A DNA stretch of 64,000 nt, from the IMG/VR virus record IMGVR_UViG_3300025129_000005. The stretch is one strand, 5' to 3'. Of the stretch, positions 51,389-61,514 are shown piece after piece. Position 1 is the first letter of the stretch, and every line of letters starts with the position of its first letter. The notes under the pieces are model-generated. The model searched no databases and had not been told where the DNA came from. It saw only the letters and a list, made by a program, of their open reading frames with translations. Source of the stretch: a virus. Its lineage: Duplodnaviria > Caudoviricetes. The position numbers and the translations under genes are program-made.

Positions 51389-52222
51389 TTATTGAATATA
51401 AGCTTCCATTTTATCTTTAAAACTTGGATCATTCCATAGACTCAATTCAACTAAAATACAGTAACCATCAGTCCATACCTCTTTTCTGCGGGGAATGGCA
51501 TTACCGACCTTTTTTAATTGAAAATTTTTATCAGGTTCCATGACTGTTTTATAAAATCCAAAAAGGTCTTTGCTATCGAACCACATATCAATCAAATTAT
51601 CCGTCGGACTGTAACTTGATAAAATTTTTGACAAATCTTTTCTTATGTCACGGTCAGTATTCATTCGCCCTATTATATCATTTATCGTTGAAAGCTTTGA
51701 CCAAGATCCGTCATAGGGTCTGGCTATAGTAGGATAATTATAACTCTTTTCTTCTATATAACCCATATATGACCAAATAGTATCATCAACAAACGCATTT
51801 ATTTGACCTAAATCTTCGCCGGTACTTTTATAACTTACAGAAAATATATCATCGTAATTAACAACACCCACTGTAGACCCATCTTCTGGAAGAACAACAT
51901 AAAGTCTGTTCCCATAAGACATAGCTTTACCCATATCAGTAGAACATATAACACTTTCACTTCTTTTGGGATATCCCGAGAAAGTACCTCCATTGTCCAT
52001 GAAAAGGGTATAATAATTAAAGGTGTTTCTGGATTCTCTTTTTCTGTTCTGCTTAGGATCAATCTCCATAACAGTACCTTTACCAAGTACACCACGAAAG
52101 ATAAGATTATTTTTAAGTGATCTATTATAAGCCTTCATGCATCTTTTGGATATAATCTCAAGACCCTTATCAAGGTTAATACTTTTGCTCCTGCCTTCAT
52201 TTAAGTAATGTTCTAATTTCAT
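51389..52222 (-). CDS. ADP-ribosyltransferase-like paralog 4 with leader
   Basis: MKLEHYLNE; 'IFRG', 'RSESVICST', 'YG..YVVLP', 'KEVW'. Confidence 0.55.
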   Translation of the reverse strand: MKLEHYLNEGRSKSINLDKGLEIISKRCMKAYNRSLKNNLIFRGVLGKGTVMEIDPKQNRKRESRNTFNYYTLFMDNGGTFSGYPKRSESVICSTDMGKAMSYGNRLYVVLPEDGSTVGVVNYDDIFSVSYKSTGEDLGQINAFVDDTIWSYMGYIEEKSYNYPTIARPYDGSWSKLSTINDIIGRMNTDRDIRKDLSKILSSYSPTDNLIDMWFDSKDLFGFYKTVMEPDKNFQLKKVGNAIPRRKEVWTDGYCILVELSLWNDPSFKDKMEAYIQ

Positions 52223-52592
52223 AATGATTTCTTAAGCCTTTGTAAGAATTTCGTATCAAATGCATTATTTTCGAATGATACGATATAATATTCATAACAT
52301 TTGAACATGGCCTCATGGGATGACTCTGCTTTCCACCCATGATATTTAAAAAACAACTCATCCATGAGATCATGTAAATGTTTCGGAGTGTCTTTAGGAA
52401 CCATTTTTCGTCTCGACCTGACTTTTAGGATATAATCACTCATCTCTTTTTGTGTGCCACGATATACGGGGTTATATGGTTGTACTCCAAACTCTTTAAT
52501 GAATGGTTGACAATCCCTTTTGAGGACATCAATGATATCATCCATTTCCAGTTCGCGCTTTGTTGGTTCTTCTTCATTTTATACAGTTTCAT
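52219..52592 (-). pseudogene. Decayed ART-like paralog 5: frameshifted leader plus internal deletion
   Basis: ATG 52592 (MKLYK) is out of frame with NEEEPTKRELEMDD...; the central RS-GVF-T-YG block is missing. Confidence 0.6.
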
Positions 52593-53278
52593 TACGACCT
52601 CGATATATAAAGAGTGCCATCTTTTATTTTTCCGGTTAAAAAATATTCCTTAATATATTTATGATAATCCACGTCGATCAAATAATATCCGCTACACTTC
52701 CATACGACTTCTATGACATAGTGGTGACCGTTGACGTTCTGATATTTTTTCAGCCCTTTATCTGTATATTTTGGTAAAAATTCCTCAATATACGATTTGC
52801 CTTTATTATACGCAAATTTATCAGACGTGTCGCCTTCTTTGTATTTTTTTATCCATTCATATGTGATAGAAAAATCAGCTATATCAATCACATCTTTGTT
52901 GTAGAGATAACTGTATGCTCCGACTGGAAAGAATAGAAACGATTTATTCCCATATTTAAGCGAATTACGATAGTCTGTTGATGTGTATACCCCCTCTGAA
53001 CGCCATTTCCACCCCCATTTTTTCTTACTCCATTCATCGAGAAAATAATGCATCAACAACTCGGAATCCTTCGGTCTTCTGTCCTGTCTTGCTGTACGAT
53101 ACATAACTGCATGTGTATTAATATTTGTCCCCCGGAAAAAACGGCTACCGGATACATTAAATTCCTTTAACCACGGAGCGCAGTCTTTCTTGATCATTTC
53201 ACAAACATCAATTAGGTCTGATACATTTTTAATATCTCTACTCTGATACCCCTCGGTCAAATAATGTTCAAGTCTCAT
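52592..53278 (-). CDS. ADP-ribosyltransferase-like paralog 6 with leader
   Basis: MRLEHYLTE; 'FFRG', 'RSEGVYTST', 'YG...FFP', 'IEVVWKC'. Confidence 0.55.
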   Translation of the reverse strand: MRLEHYLTEGYQSRDIKNVSDLIDVCEMIKKDCAPWLKEFNVSGSRFFRGTNINTHAVMYRTARQDRRPKDSELLMHYFLDEWSKKKWGWKWRSEGVYTSTDYRNSLKYGNKSFLFFPVGAYSYLYNKDVIDIADFSITYEWIKKYKEGDTSDKFAYNKGKSYIEEFLPKYTDKGLKKYQNVNGHHYVIEVVWKCSGYYLIDVDYHKYIKEYFLTGKIKDGTLYISRS

Positions 53279-53921
53279 GATAAAATTTCTCCTCCAACCG
53301 TTTAAAGCCAAAATCAATCAATTTCTTAAAAAAATACGCGAACATAGGTAATAATACTATATTTATAAAAGGGTTTTTGGCATCAATTTTGAACAATGTC
53401 ATAACATCTTCGATTTCTTTGGCAATATGCCCCTTCTCTGACAGATATGCTTGTTTTTCCTTTTCTAATTCATCAATGCGATTTTGTAACTTATCGACAA
53501 TAGGTTCTACAGGAACCGGTGTGACTGATGAAGGTTCAGGACATCCATCCTCACGAACAACCATATTAAGTGGAGTATTTGGGCATTTATCATAGGTATC
53601 CGGGACATTATCACTATCACTATCACTATCTATGGGATATGGTGATGCGGCAATTGGTGGCGAAGCCGGTAATCGTGACGGTTCAACTATCATAGCTAAT
53701 GATTCATCACGATACGCACGTTGTACTTGTCTCAACTCCATTTGCTTGGTCTCGATATCTTCAACTGCGGTATCAATTAAATTGTTATTCAGCTTGATCT
53801 GTGCATAAGTAGCTTGCTCTACTTGGACATAATTGATATAGTTGGTGTATCCCCATATACCTAAAATAATGAATCCAACTATTAAGTAAATAAAAAATCT
53901 CGTCCACCTGAATTTTTCCAT
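53268..53921 (-). CDS. Membrane protein with a thrombospondin-type-3/OmpA-linker-like Ca-binding repeat
   Basis: AGGAG SD before ATG 53921; 'DSDSDNVPDTYDKCPNTP...DGCP'; N- and C-terminal TM segments. Confidence 0.65.
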   Translation of the reverse strand: MEKFRWTRFFIYLIVGFIILGIWGYTNYINYVQVEQATYAQIKLNNNLIDTAVEDIETKQMELRQVQRAYRDESLAMIVEPSRLPASPPIAASPYPIDSDSDSDNVPDTYDKCPNTPLNMVVREDGCPEPSSVTPVPVEPIVDKLQNRIDELEKEKQAYLSEKGHIAKEIEDVMTLFKIDAKNPFINIVLLPMFAYFFKKLIDFGFKRLEEKFYHET

Positions 53922-54104
53922 AAAAAATCTCCTGAGAGTTATGTAAATATTTATGAAAACTTGATATACGATAGTGACTGTGATATGATAATTAAATGAG
54001 GGAATATTCGGAACAATATAAACCCAATGAATTGAATGTTGACTGTCACCCGGATGATTAAACCTTATTAGAATGATCATATTTTTAGAAGATTTATTTG
54101 AGAT

Positions 54105-54488
54105 ATGAAGCGGAAGAAATTGACATACGAACCAAGGGAACCACAATCACGTGCTTCCCTTTTAGCATTGAGATTTCAGTATCTTAGTGACCCAATGGTT
54201 GACAGTCGTGAGCCATGTGAAGTATGGCTTGACTTTCGTATGTCACTTCTGTCTCAATGGGAAAAAGAACGCGGTACACTCACCTGTCATTACTGTGGAC
54301 GTGACAATCTACAGAAGGTTACGGAGGGTGTTGAACCTCGCAACCAAGCAACTCTTGACCATGTTATGCCACGTGCAAGGGGGGGCGCGGAATTTGATGA
54401 ATCGAATCTTGTAGTTGCGTGTAGACCATGCAACGAACGCAAAGCAGATAACCCGCCCACGAAAATAATTCTTGCTGAAAATCCTTGA
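54105..54488 (+). CDS. HNH endonuclease
   Basis: 'CHYCG...TLDHVMPRARGG...NLVVACRPCNERK'. Confidence 0.88.
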   Translation: MKRKKLTYEPREPQSRASLLALRFQYLSDPMVDSREPCEVWLDFRMSLLSQWEKERGTLTCHYCGRDNLQKVTEGVEPRNQATLDHVMPRARGGAEFDESNLVVACRPCNERKADNPPTKIILAENP

Positions 54489-54513
54489 CTATAAACGGGA
54501 TCGATGTTAATCT
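54485..54513 (+). promoter_or_regulatory. Sigma70-like early promoter
   Basis: TTGACT-17-TG.TAATCT. Confidence 0.6.
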
Positions 54514-54553
54514 GTAGTTGTGATTGACGTTAACCCTTCTTTGTGAGGACACT

Positions 54554-54748
54554 ATGAACCAAATCGAAATGAACATCATCACAAAAATCAAAAACACCAA
54601 TAATAACAAACTTTTGGTATGTCGTTTTGAAAAAGAGGAAATCCCCGTTCTTGACCAGATGCGTAACAAGGGTATTATTGCCCCTGCACGATTCTGTGGT
54701 GAACCTGCCGCAGCACTCTCTCAACGTTACCTGAAAGGACTTGTGTAA
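54554..54748 (+). CDS. Small hypothetical protein
   Basis: GAGGA SD. Confidence 0.5.
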   Translation: MNQIEMNIITKIKNTNNNKLLVCRFEKEEIPVLDQMRNKGIIAPARFCGEPAAALSQRYLKGLV

Positions 54749-55033
54749 TGAAAATCAATAAACGTTTCCAAGACTATGTTGACCACCATAACCTTTGGTA
54801 TGAGGTTATTGGTAAACCTGAAAAATAGTATCAAATTTCCCCTGTCACAAGAAGACGTTAACGTGCTGGGTAATAAACTTTCCAATGAACTTTCCCCTGA
54901 GAATCTGCACTGTGATGGTGAAATTTCACGCAATCAAGCACAACGTAAATACAACAAACTGATGAACGTGGTCAAAGACCTGAATGTATACGCAAAGAAG
55001 AATGGTTTGTGTGAACCCAACATTTATTGTTAA
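54748..55033 (+). pseudogene. Small ORF with +1 A in A5 (54821-54825)
   Basis: Deleting one A joins MKINKRFQDY... to ...FPLSQ...LSPENLHCDGE. Confidence 0.55.
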
Positions 55034-55197
55034 GGAGATAGATTATGGATACTTTTACCGCAACAATGATTGCAGAAGGCGTTGAGCCAGTTGATACCGA
55101 AGAAGGATATTTTAGTGCATGGCAACTCCAAGGTTGGTTTGGTCATACAGCATCCCAATTAATCGAACTTGGTCATTGTACCTACAACAAATAACTC

Positions 55198-55226
55198 TTG
55201 ACTGTAAACGGGGTTAGTGGTACTAT
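55198..55226 (+). promoter_or_regulatory. Sigma70-like early promoter
   Basis: TTGACT-17-TGG.TACTAT. Confidence 0.65.
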
Positions 55227-55258
55227 CTTTATGTAGTCACCGTTAACCCCCTTCTGCA

Positions 55259-55726
55259 TTGGAGTTTCCCTTGAAAAAATTCAGAGCTAAAACTGATATT
55301 TTCCTTTCCATGTGTGCTGATTCTAAATCTCTCGGTGAAGATAATGACTGTACTGTGAAAGCTATCGCAATCACCACTGGTATTCCTTATAAAAAGGTAC
55401 ATGAAACGTTGAAAAAAGGGGGTCGTGGTGATGGTAAATGCGCTACCCTGAGTCAAATGCAAAATGCTTGTCTTGACCTTGGTTTCAAGATGAAAAATAT
55501 CCCTCTCGAGACTATCAAGGAAAAGTATCCTGCTGCGGGTCGCAAACTCAAGAGTATCACCACGAATCACCCCGAACTATTCAATAAGGCATGGAAAGAT
55601 GGTAAGAATTATATCCTTCATTGTCGGGGTCATGTTGCCGCAGTCATCGATGGTGTGAACCACGATTGGACTTTTGGGCGGAAATATCGCGTTAATAATA
55701 TTTACGAGGTTGTCCCTGCAAAATAA
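55259..55726 (+). CDS. Hypothetical protein (start uncertain)
   Basis: 'NDCTVKAIAI...GHVAAVIDG..HDW'. Confidence 0.6.
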   Translation: MEFPLKKFRAKTDIFLSMCADSKSLGEDNDCTVKAIAITTGIPYKKVHETLKKGGRGDGKCATLSQMQNACLDLGFKMKNIPLETIKEKYPAAGRKLKSITTNHPELFNKAWKDGKNYILHCRGHVAAVIDGVNHDWTFGRKYRVNNIYEVVPAK

Positions 55727-55729
55727 CAG

Positions 55730-55757
55730 TTGACACTATCCGTGGATATGATAGTAT
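55730..55757 (+). promoter_or_regulatory. Sigma70-like early promoter
   Basis: TTGACA-16-TG.TAGTAT. Confidence 0.6.
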
Positions 55758-55806
55758 ATAGATGTGGTCGCGGAGTGATCACCACTTTTTGAAAGGATAT
55801 AAAATC

Positions 55807-56145
55807 ATGGCTTATATGAGTCAGGAACTAAAAGCTAAAATGGCACCCGGTATCAAAGCGGTACTTAAAAAAATATGGTGTTAAAGGTAGCATTTCTGTT
55901 AGAAACCATTCGACTTTGGTCGTTACCCTGTATAAAGGTCGCCTTGATCTCAAAGAGTCCCCGAATATTTTTTGGATTGATCGTCACTATGAAGGCAAGA
56001 TTAAAGAATTTTTGAAGAATTGCGTCAAGCCATGAGCATTGGATACTATGATAACAGTGACCCAATGATTGACTATCATGATGTCGCATACTATCGTAAA
56101 ATCCAAGTCGGGACATACATTAAACCCTATGTATTAGAAAAATAG
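55807..56145 (+). pseudogene. Small phage ORF with compensating indels (+1 in A7 55867-55873, -1 in T5 56009-56013)
   Basis: Corrected frame reads MAYMSQELKAK...KKYGVKGSISVRNHSTL...YYDNSDPMIDY...KPY. Confidence 0.6.
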
Positions 56146-56147
56146 AG

Positions 56148-57278
56148 ATGATCGTTTGGAGAGAAAAAAAAATAATGAAACCTTATAAGATATTCGCAGA
56201 ATTAATAGAACAAGATGCATTGGATCAATTCCATCAAGCAATGGAACAAAAGTTTGTCGTTAAAGGTGCATTGATGCCTGATGCCCATAAAGGATACTCT
56301 TTGCCTATAGGAGCCGTTGTCGCCACAAAAAACGTCATTGTTCCTTCTTGGGTTGGATATGATATCGGTTGCGGTATGTGCGCAATCCCTACTTCATTCA
56401 CCCTTTCCGATATATATCAAAACGCTCAAGCGATATGGGCTAGAATTCAAGAAGCTATACCTGTTGGATTTAATCATCATGATACACACCAGACATGGGA
56501 TCGATATAGCACTATCGAAAAAACTGAAACCGCTATCAATATTTTTAATTACAAAAACGGTATTGGTTGGAGACAACTCGGAACCCTTGGCGGCGGCAAC
56601 CATTTCATTGAAATCGGTTCAGACGAAAATGGAGTCATATGGATCATTGTTCACTCAGGATCTCGTGGTATCGGTCATGCCATAGCTACCCATTACATGA
56701 AAATTGCAGGTGGAGGTAAAGCCCGTGAAGGATCCTATGGATTGGATGTTAATTCTCCAAACGGAAAAGACTACATCATTGATTTAAATTTTGCTCTTGA
56801 ATTCGCATTAGAAAACCGATTTAAAATTATAAATCAAGTCAGCAATGTTATAGAGGAATACTGTAAAGGGAGTTTGGACTGGTCTTGTTTTATAAACAGA
56901 AACCATAACCACGCAGAAGAAAAAGACGGTCTGTGGATTCATAGAAAAGGCGCAACCCATGCAGAAGCAGGCATGGAAGGAGTCATTCCCGGTAACATGA
57001 GAGACGGATCATTCATTGTTGTCGGAAAAGGTAACCCTGAATCACTATACTCCAGTTCCCATGGTGCCGGTCGAGTTTTAGGTCGAAACGTCGCAAAGAA
57101 GATATTAGATATAAATGACTTCACAGAAACTATGAAAGGTATTGTAGCAAACGTAGATGATAGTACATTAGATGAATCCCCTTTTGCTTATAAAAATATT
57201 TTTGATGTCATGAAACAACAAGAGGAATTAGTCTCAGTTAAATATTACGTCAAACCAATAATTAATGTTAAAGGATGA
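56148..57278 (+). CDS. rtcB: RtcB RNA ligase
   Basis: 'MPDAH', 'GYDIGCG', 'GTLGGGNHFIE', 'HSGSRG', 'HRKGAT', 'SHGAGR', 'DESPFAYK'. Confidence 0.96.
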   Translation: MIVWREKKIMKPYKIFAELIEQDALDQFHQAMEQKFVVKGALMPDAHKGYSLPIGAVVATKNVIVPSWVGYDIGCGMCAIPTSFTLSDIYQNAQAIWARIQEAIPVGFNHHDTHQTWDRYSTIEKTETAINIFNYKNGIGWRQLGTLGGGNHFIEIGSDENGVIWIIVHSGSRGIGHAIATHYMKIAGGGKAREGSYGLDVNSPNGKDYIIDLNFALEFALENRFKIINQVSNVIEEYCKGSLDWSCFINRNHNHAEEKDGLWIHRKGATHAEAGMEGVIPGNMRDGSFIVVGKGNPESLYSSSHGAGRVLGRNVAKKILDINDFTETMKGIVANVDDSTLDESPFAYKNIFDVMKQQEELVSVKYYVKPIINVKG

Positions 57279-57324
57279 ATTGAAACCATTAAAAAGATTA
57301 AAGCCAAGAGGTAGGTAGGAAGAT

Positions 57325-57562
57325 ATGTATATAAAAATAATGCAACAATCACAAGACCAATACAAAGAGAAAATGTATCAATGCACCAATTACACCTATG
57401 TCGAGAATGATGTAACAACAAAGTTTTTCCATTATTCACGATGAAGACAATGTTACCACTATCACATTTGACAACATACCAACAACCAAGATATGGATAA
57501 TGAATGATAACGGAGTCACGATAGACAGTTACAAGTACAATGAACACGGAAAGTTAAAATAA
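57325..57562 (+). pseudogene. Small ORF with +1 T in T5 (57424-57428)
   Basis: Deleting one T gives a continuous ORF ending 'WIMNDNGVTIDSY...'. Confidence 0.45.
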
Positions 57563-57594
57563 AATAAACCAAACAAAAATCTATTTACCTGCCG

Positions 57595-57635
57595 ACCCTT
57601 TTCTGATAATAATACCAGAAAAGGGTTTATTTTTT
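57595..57635 (+). terminator. Intrinsic terminator
   Basis: ACCCTTTTCTG/CAGAAAAGGGT plus T-tract. Confidence 0.75.
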
Positions 57636-59205
57636 ACCAGAGGAACTATTCTCTTCAAATCTTATCTTGGATCATGGAATAACTGATGATGAAAACAGAA
57701 TGATAGTCATTGAACCAAGTCTTTAACACTTTTCACCACCATTTAACACTAATATCCTCTAATAAATGGATAACAATAACCCCTTGAAATATAAGGGGGT
57801 TTTTAATGCCCTGATATAGTCAATAGAAGGTATACCATACAGGAGTATAATTAGGTATAATAAAAGATGATTCAATACCATAATAGACCATGACCGTTCG
57901 GATCAGATGAATTTAGACCGCTTTTAAGTGTAGTCATTTAAAAATAAAAATAGAAGAAATTCTTATAAAATATAAGGAAAATAAAGGTGCGAAAAAAGGT
58001 AAAAATAGATAAAGAAACAAAAAACCCTTTGTTTATAAGGGAAAGAAGTGTGTACTAATTCCTTGGAAGTATAATCACCCTCTACATTTTGCGTTAAAAT
58101 AAATGTTCAGTAATTTTCTGGGGGTTGTCTGGTACAAAGTCCCACCTGACCGCATGTTTTAGGTCAATAGAGGAAAACGATTCATTAAAATAGGTTCACT
58201 CCCAGACCAAACTCCCGTTCTACAGCCTAAAACACTCGACATGAGGGGATTTTTAATGAAAAGTTATAAAGAGGTTTAATTTTTCATCTGAATACCACTA
58301 TATATAGTGGTGTGAATGAATCATGGCTCAACACATATGATTTTCCATATACACTGATTTTTACTGACCTGAATGACACTTTTGGCCTAGACAGAACACC
58401 CATTTTTATTAAAATGACCCACCACTATATATAGTGTTTGATTTTTTCAAAATTTATATAATAAAATGGGACTGACAACCCGTTTTCTTGTACCATATGT
58501 GATGTATTTCTTTATTAGGGCATAAACCATACCAAATTTTATCCACAACAGGAACTGTCTAGTTTACATAATACTAGTTATCGGTCATTAAGAAAATTAT
58601 AATAATTTTTTTCCTCTTGTAAATTAGCCACTTGAAAGTATGAAAAAATACTGGATAATCGACATTATATCGGTTTTCATATATGTTGATAACTATTGAT
58701 TTGATTACTTGATATGGTATGGGGTAGATGAATGATAAAATATACTCTATATGGTATAGCATAAACGCCATTTTCAGTATAACACAGAGTGTCTGTGTAG
58801 TCAAATAATAAATTTCAAAGGAAAAGGGTTATTTTTTTGTATTCTGGCACAAACAATGCTATGACACAATAACCTATACAAAAATGTGTCAATTCATTAA
58901 AAATATTCCATTAATATGAAACACTGTGACGCAAAATAACTCCTCTTATCCCCTGTAAAATTATATATGAATATATATATTATATATGAAAAACCAATCG
59001 GTCAACTCGTCAAGGGGTAGGGGAGGTAATTGCTATACTCTTTACTTATGTAATTTTTAAGTTTTTATATGTCCCAATCTACGTATATACAAAATCCCTT
59101 TTTGAAAAGTAAATCGCATCCTGAATGGTCATACCCTAAATTTTGTGTATAAAATTTTTTTTCCATGGGAACCTGTCAGAATTGTATATACATGTGTTTA
59201 TTTTA
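57636..59205. other. About 1.6 kb AT-rich non-coding region (candidate origin or control region)
   Basis: No credible ORF; palindrome ACCACTATATATAGTGGT at 58294-58311 repeated as ACCACTATATATAGTG at 58421-58436. Confidence 0.5.
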
Positions 59206-59213
59206 TATAAATA
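59206..59213 (+). promoter_or_regulatory. T4-type late promoter
   Basis: TATAAATA upstream of the RHH ORF. Confidence 0.45.
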
Positions 59214-59244
59214 GGTATAGATTGGAACAAAAGGAGATTTTATT

Positions 59245-59394
59245 ATGGGTGAGAACCGGGATAAAACTTATCCGATAAGGATGAATGAGGAAGAGTTAAA
59301 GATGACGAAGGAGTTAGCGAAGAGGGTTAAATTACCTGATATGGTACGGAGGTATATTAAGGAGTTGTATGATGAACATATATCGTCTGTATAG
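59245..59394 (+). CDS. Ribbon-helix-helix DNA-binding protein, 49 aa (not in ORF track)
   Basis: AAAAGGAG SD; MGENRDKTYPIRMNEEELKMTKELAKRVKLPDMVRRYIKELY. Confidence 0.65.
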   Translation: MGENRDKTYPIRMNEEELKMTKELAKRVKLPDMVRRYIKELYDEHISSV

Positions 59395-59416
59395 AAGATC
59401 CCTCTTTTTGTTGATA

Positions 59417-59665
59417 TTAACCTTTTACTTCTTTTAAGATACAGTCGATACTGGAATACAGATCATCATTTGAGACACCAAGTGAATCCAAATATTCCAT
59501 CCAGTTGAGTACCTCGTGAAGTTGCTCGTACATTTCTGGTGCCACGGATTCTATTCTTTTTGTCTTGGCTTCTATGCCGCAGTTGCAAGGCAGGTGAGGA
59601 TATAGAGATCCTGTTTTGTTTTTGAGAATGTTACAAGTTGGTTTGTGTTCATTTATTATGTTCAT
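59417..59665 (-). CDS. Hypothetical protein
   Basis: ORF coupled to upstream methylase. Confidence 0.5.
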   Translation of the reverse strand: MNIINEHKPTCNILKNKTGSLYPHLPCNCGIEAKTKRIESVAPEMYEQLHEVLNWMEYLDSLGVSNDDLYSSIDCILKEVKG

Positions 59666-60393
59666 TTATTTTGAATTCTTTCTTTGGCTGTATTGAAATA
59701 GGTTTCGTCAAGTTCAATTCCTATGAATTTACGATTAAGGTGTTTACAAGCAAGACCTGTTGTTCCACTCCCCATTGTTGAGTCTAAAACGGTTTGTTGT
59801 TCTAGTGTGTATGTTTTTATGAGGTATTTCATAAGCTCAAGAGGTTTTTGTGTTGGGTGAAAACCTTTACGATCTTGTTTGAACTTTTTGATGGATTTTG
59901 GGTATCTGATTCCGTTGTTTTCTTTATGTTGAGATTTACCAGATCCGTAAACTTCACCAATGGTTGCATCATCTTGAGCCATGAATGATTTGTAAGGGTC
60001 GCCTTTTTCCATTTGGGGAAAATACCGTCCTCTTTTTTTAGAAAATACTAATATTTGTTCATGGTTTTTCATGGGTTGGTGTTTTGCTAATAGAGGATTC
60101 ATACCTTGGGGGTTTTCCCATATCCATTCATATTTGAACCATTCAGGATTTGACATGACAAGGTGAGAAGAAAATGGTTGTGTGGCGGTTAGTACAATAT
60201 TACCATCATCCATAATGATACGTTTATATTGAGTCCACATGTGTTCTATATCAATGACTGAATCCCATTTACAGGCTGTAACTCCATAGGGTAGGTCTGT
60301 TAAGATCAGATCAATAGATTTATCTGGTATGTTTTTCATGACGTCCAGACAGTCTCCATGTATAAGTGTGACAGGGTTTTGTATCAGGTTCAA
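59662..60393 (-). CDS. Beta-class N6/N4 DNA methyltransferase
   Basis: 'TDLPYG', 'HPTQKP', 'DSTMGSGTT'. Confidence 0.92.
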   Translation of the reverse strand: MNLIQNPVTLIHGDCLDVMKNIPDKSIDLILTDLPYGVTACKWDSVIDIEHMWTQYKRIIMDDGNIVLTATQPFSSHLVMSNPEWFKYEWIWENPQGMNPLLAKHQPMKNHEQILVFSKKRGRYFPQMEKGDPYKSFMAQDDATIGEVYGSGKSQHKENNGIRYPKSIKKFKQDRKGFHPTQKPLELMKYLIKTYTLEQQTVLDSTMGSGTTGLACKHLNRKFIGIELDETYFNTAKERIQNK

Positions 60394-60519
60394 TATAAAA
60401 AGATCTCCTGTTTATAGTCCAATATTAATTAGTATATGGTATATAGAATTCTATGTCAACATCGTTTCATCGTTGTTAAATCTAAAAAAATGATGTTTTG
60501 TCGGGGGATGAATAAATAA

Positions 60520-60527
60520 TATAAATA
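60520..60527 (+). promoter_or_regulatory. T4-type late promoter
   Basis: TATAAATA 40 nt upstream of ATG 60567. Confidence 0.5.
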
Positions 60528-60566
60528 CTTGTACCTGATAGAATCATTACGGAGGATTTTAATATA

Positions 60567-61280
60567 ATGGCAATATTAACAGATTTTTATGGAAAGATAC
60601 CCAAATATGATGACAACACGTTTGAATATGATATAAAAAGCACAACGCTCTTAGATTTTAGTGGATCAACAGCCGGTTCGCCTTGTTTTGTAGATATATA
60701 CATGAATGCATATATAAGAGATTTAATTACGGCTGGAGCGGCGGATGCAAAAGTCTTTGATTCAAGACATTGTACAATCACTCGAATAGAATCATATGAT
60801 AGTGTAACAGGTGTACCTACCACATATAACTTTTATGCAGGTGGACACCCCAATTTAAAATGGATTGATTTAAGTCATTGCGGAAGAATTTATACCAATA
60901 TTGATGATATTATTCCGGTTGATAATATTACGACAATTGATATTATTGTGCCAAATCATGGCATTCCTTTGAATACAGAAAATCTATCCAGTGGTTATAT
61001 TAAAATGGGTGTAAGTGATTATGGAACAAGTGGTATTTTATCAAGTGTTGATAATTTACCGATAAATGCCATCATTGATGAGAATACTCTACGATTAGGA
61101 ATAACATTGGAATTTTGGAATTTGTCAAAATCAAATGCTGCGGGACAGAATCTTTATATAGATAACCCTATTATACATAATGTCGGTGGACAAAATTTTA
61201 CAGGAAATAGATTAGACATTCATTGGAAATTTGATAGGAATGATCCATACTTCTTGGAGAGCATTTTCTGTGACTATTGA
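60567..61280 (+). CDS. Hypothetical late (possibly virion) protein
   Basis: GGAGG SD; late promoter. Confidence 0.6.
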   Translation: MAILTDFYGKIPKYDDNTFEYDIKSTTLLDFSGSTAGSPCFVDIYMNAYIRDLITAGAADAKVFDSRHCTITRIESYDSVTGVPTTYNFYAGGHPNLKWIDLSHCGRIYTNIDDIIPVDNITTIDIIVPNHGIPLNTENLSSGYIKMGVSDYGTSGILSSVDNLPINAIIDENTLRLGITLEFWNLSKSNAAGQNLYIDNPIIHNVGGQNFTGNRLDIHWKFDRNDPYFLESIFCDY

Positions 61281-61514
61281 ATTTCAAATAAGTCTTCTGG
61301 TAGATTATTTTTATAAAATTTTTCCAAAGCGTTGTTTTTATATTATTTCCAATAACAAAGCATCTTTTTAGTATCTTCCTCGGAAAGATAAGATGCATGA
61401 ATGATCCTAACCGTTACTTGAAAAGTAATAAAACTTATCATGCTTTGCAACAGGAACCGTACATTCCTGTAACGAACCCAATAACATCTAAAAGGTTAAC
61501 AACTTCGTCGCATG

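Noticed and set aside
53922-54146. N-terminal extension of ORF 53268-54146
   Set aside because: It overlaps the HNH gene and the divergent intergenic region; AGGAG-ATG at 53921 is the better start.
58574-58804. ORF inside the long intergenic region
   Set aside because: No SD, low-complexity AT-driven composition, no recognisable motif.
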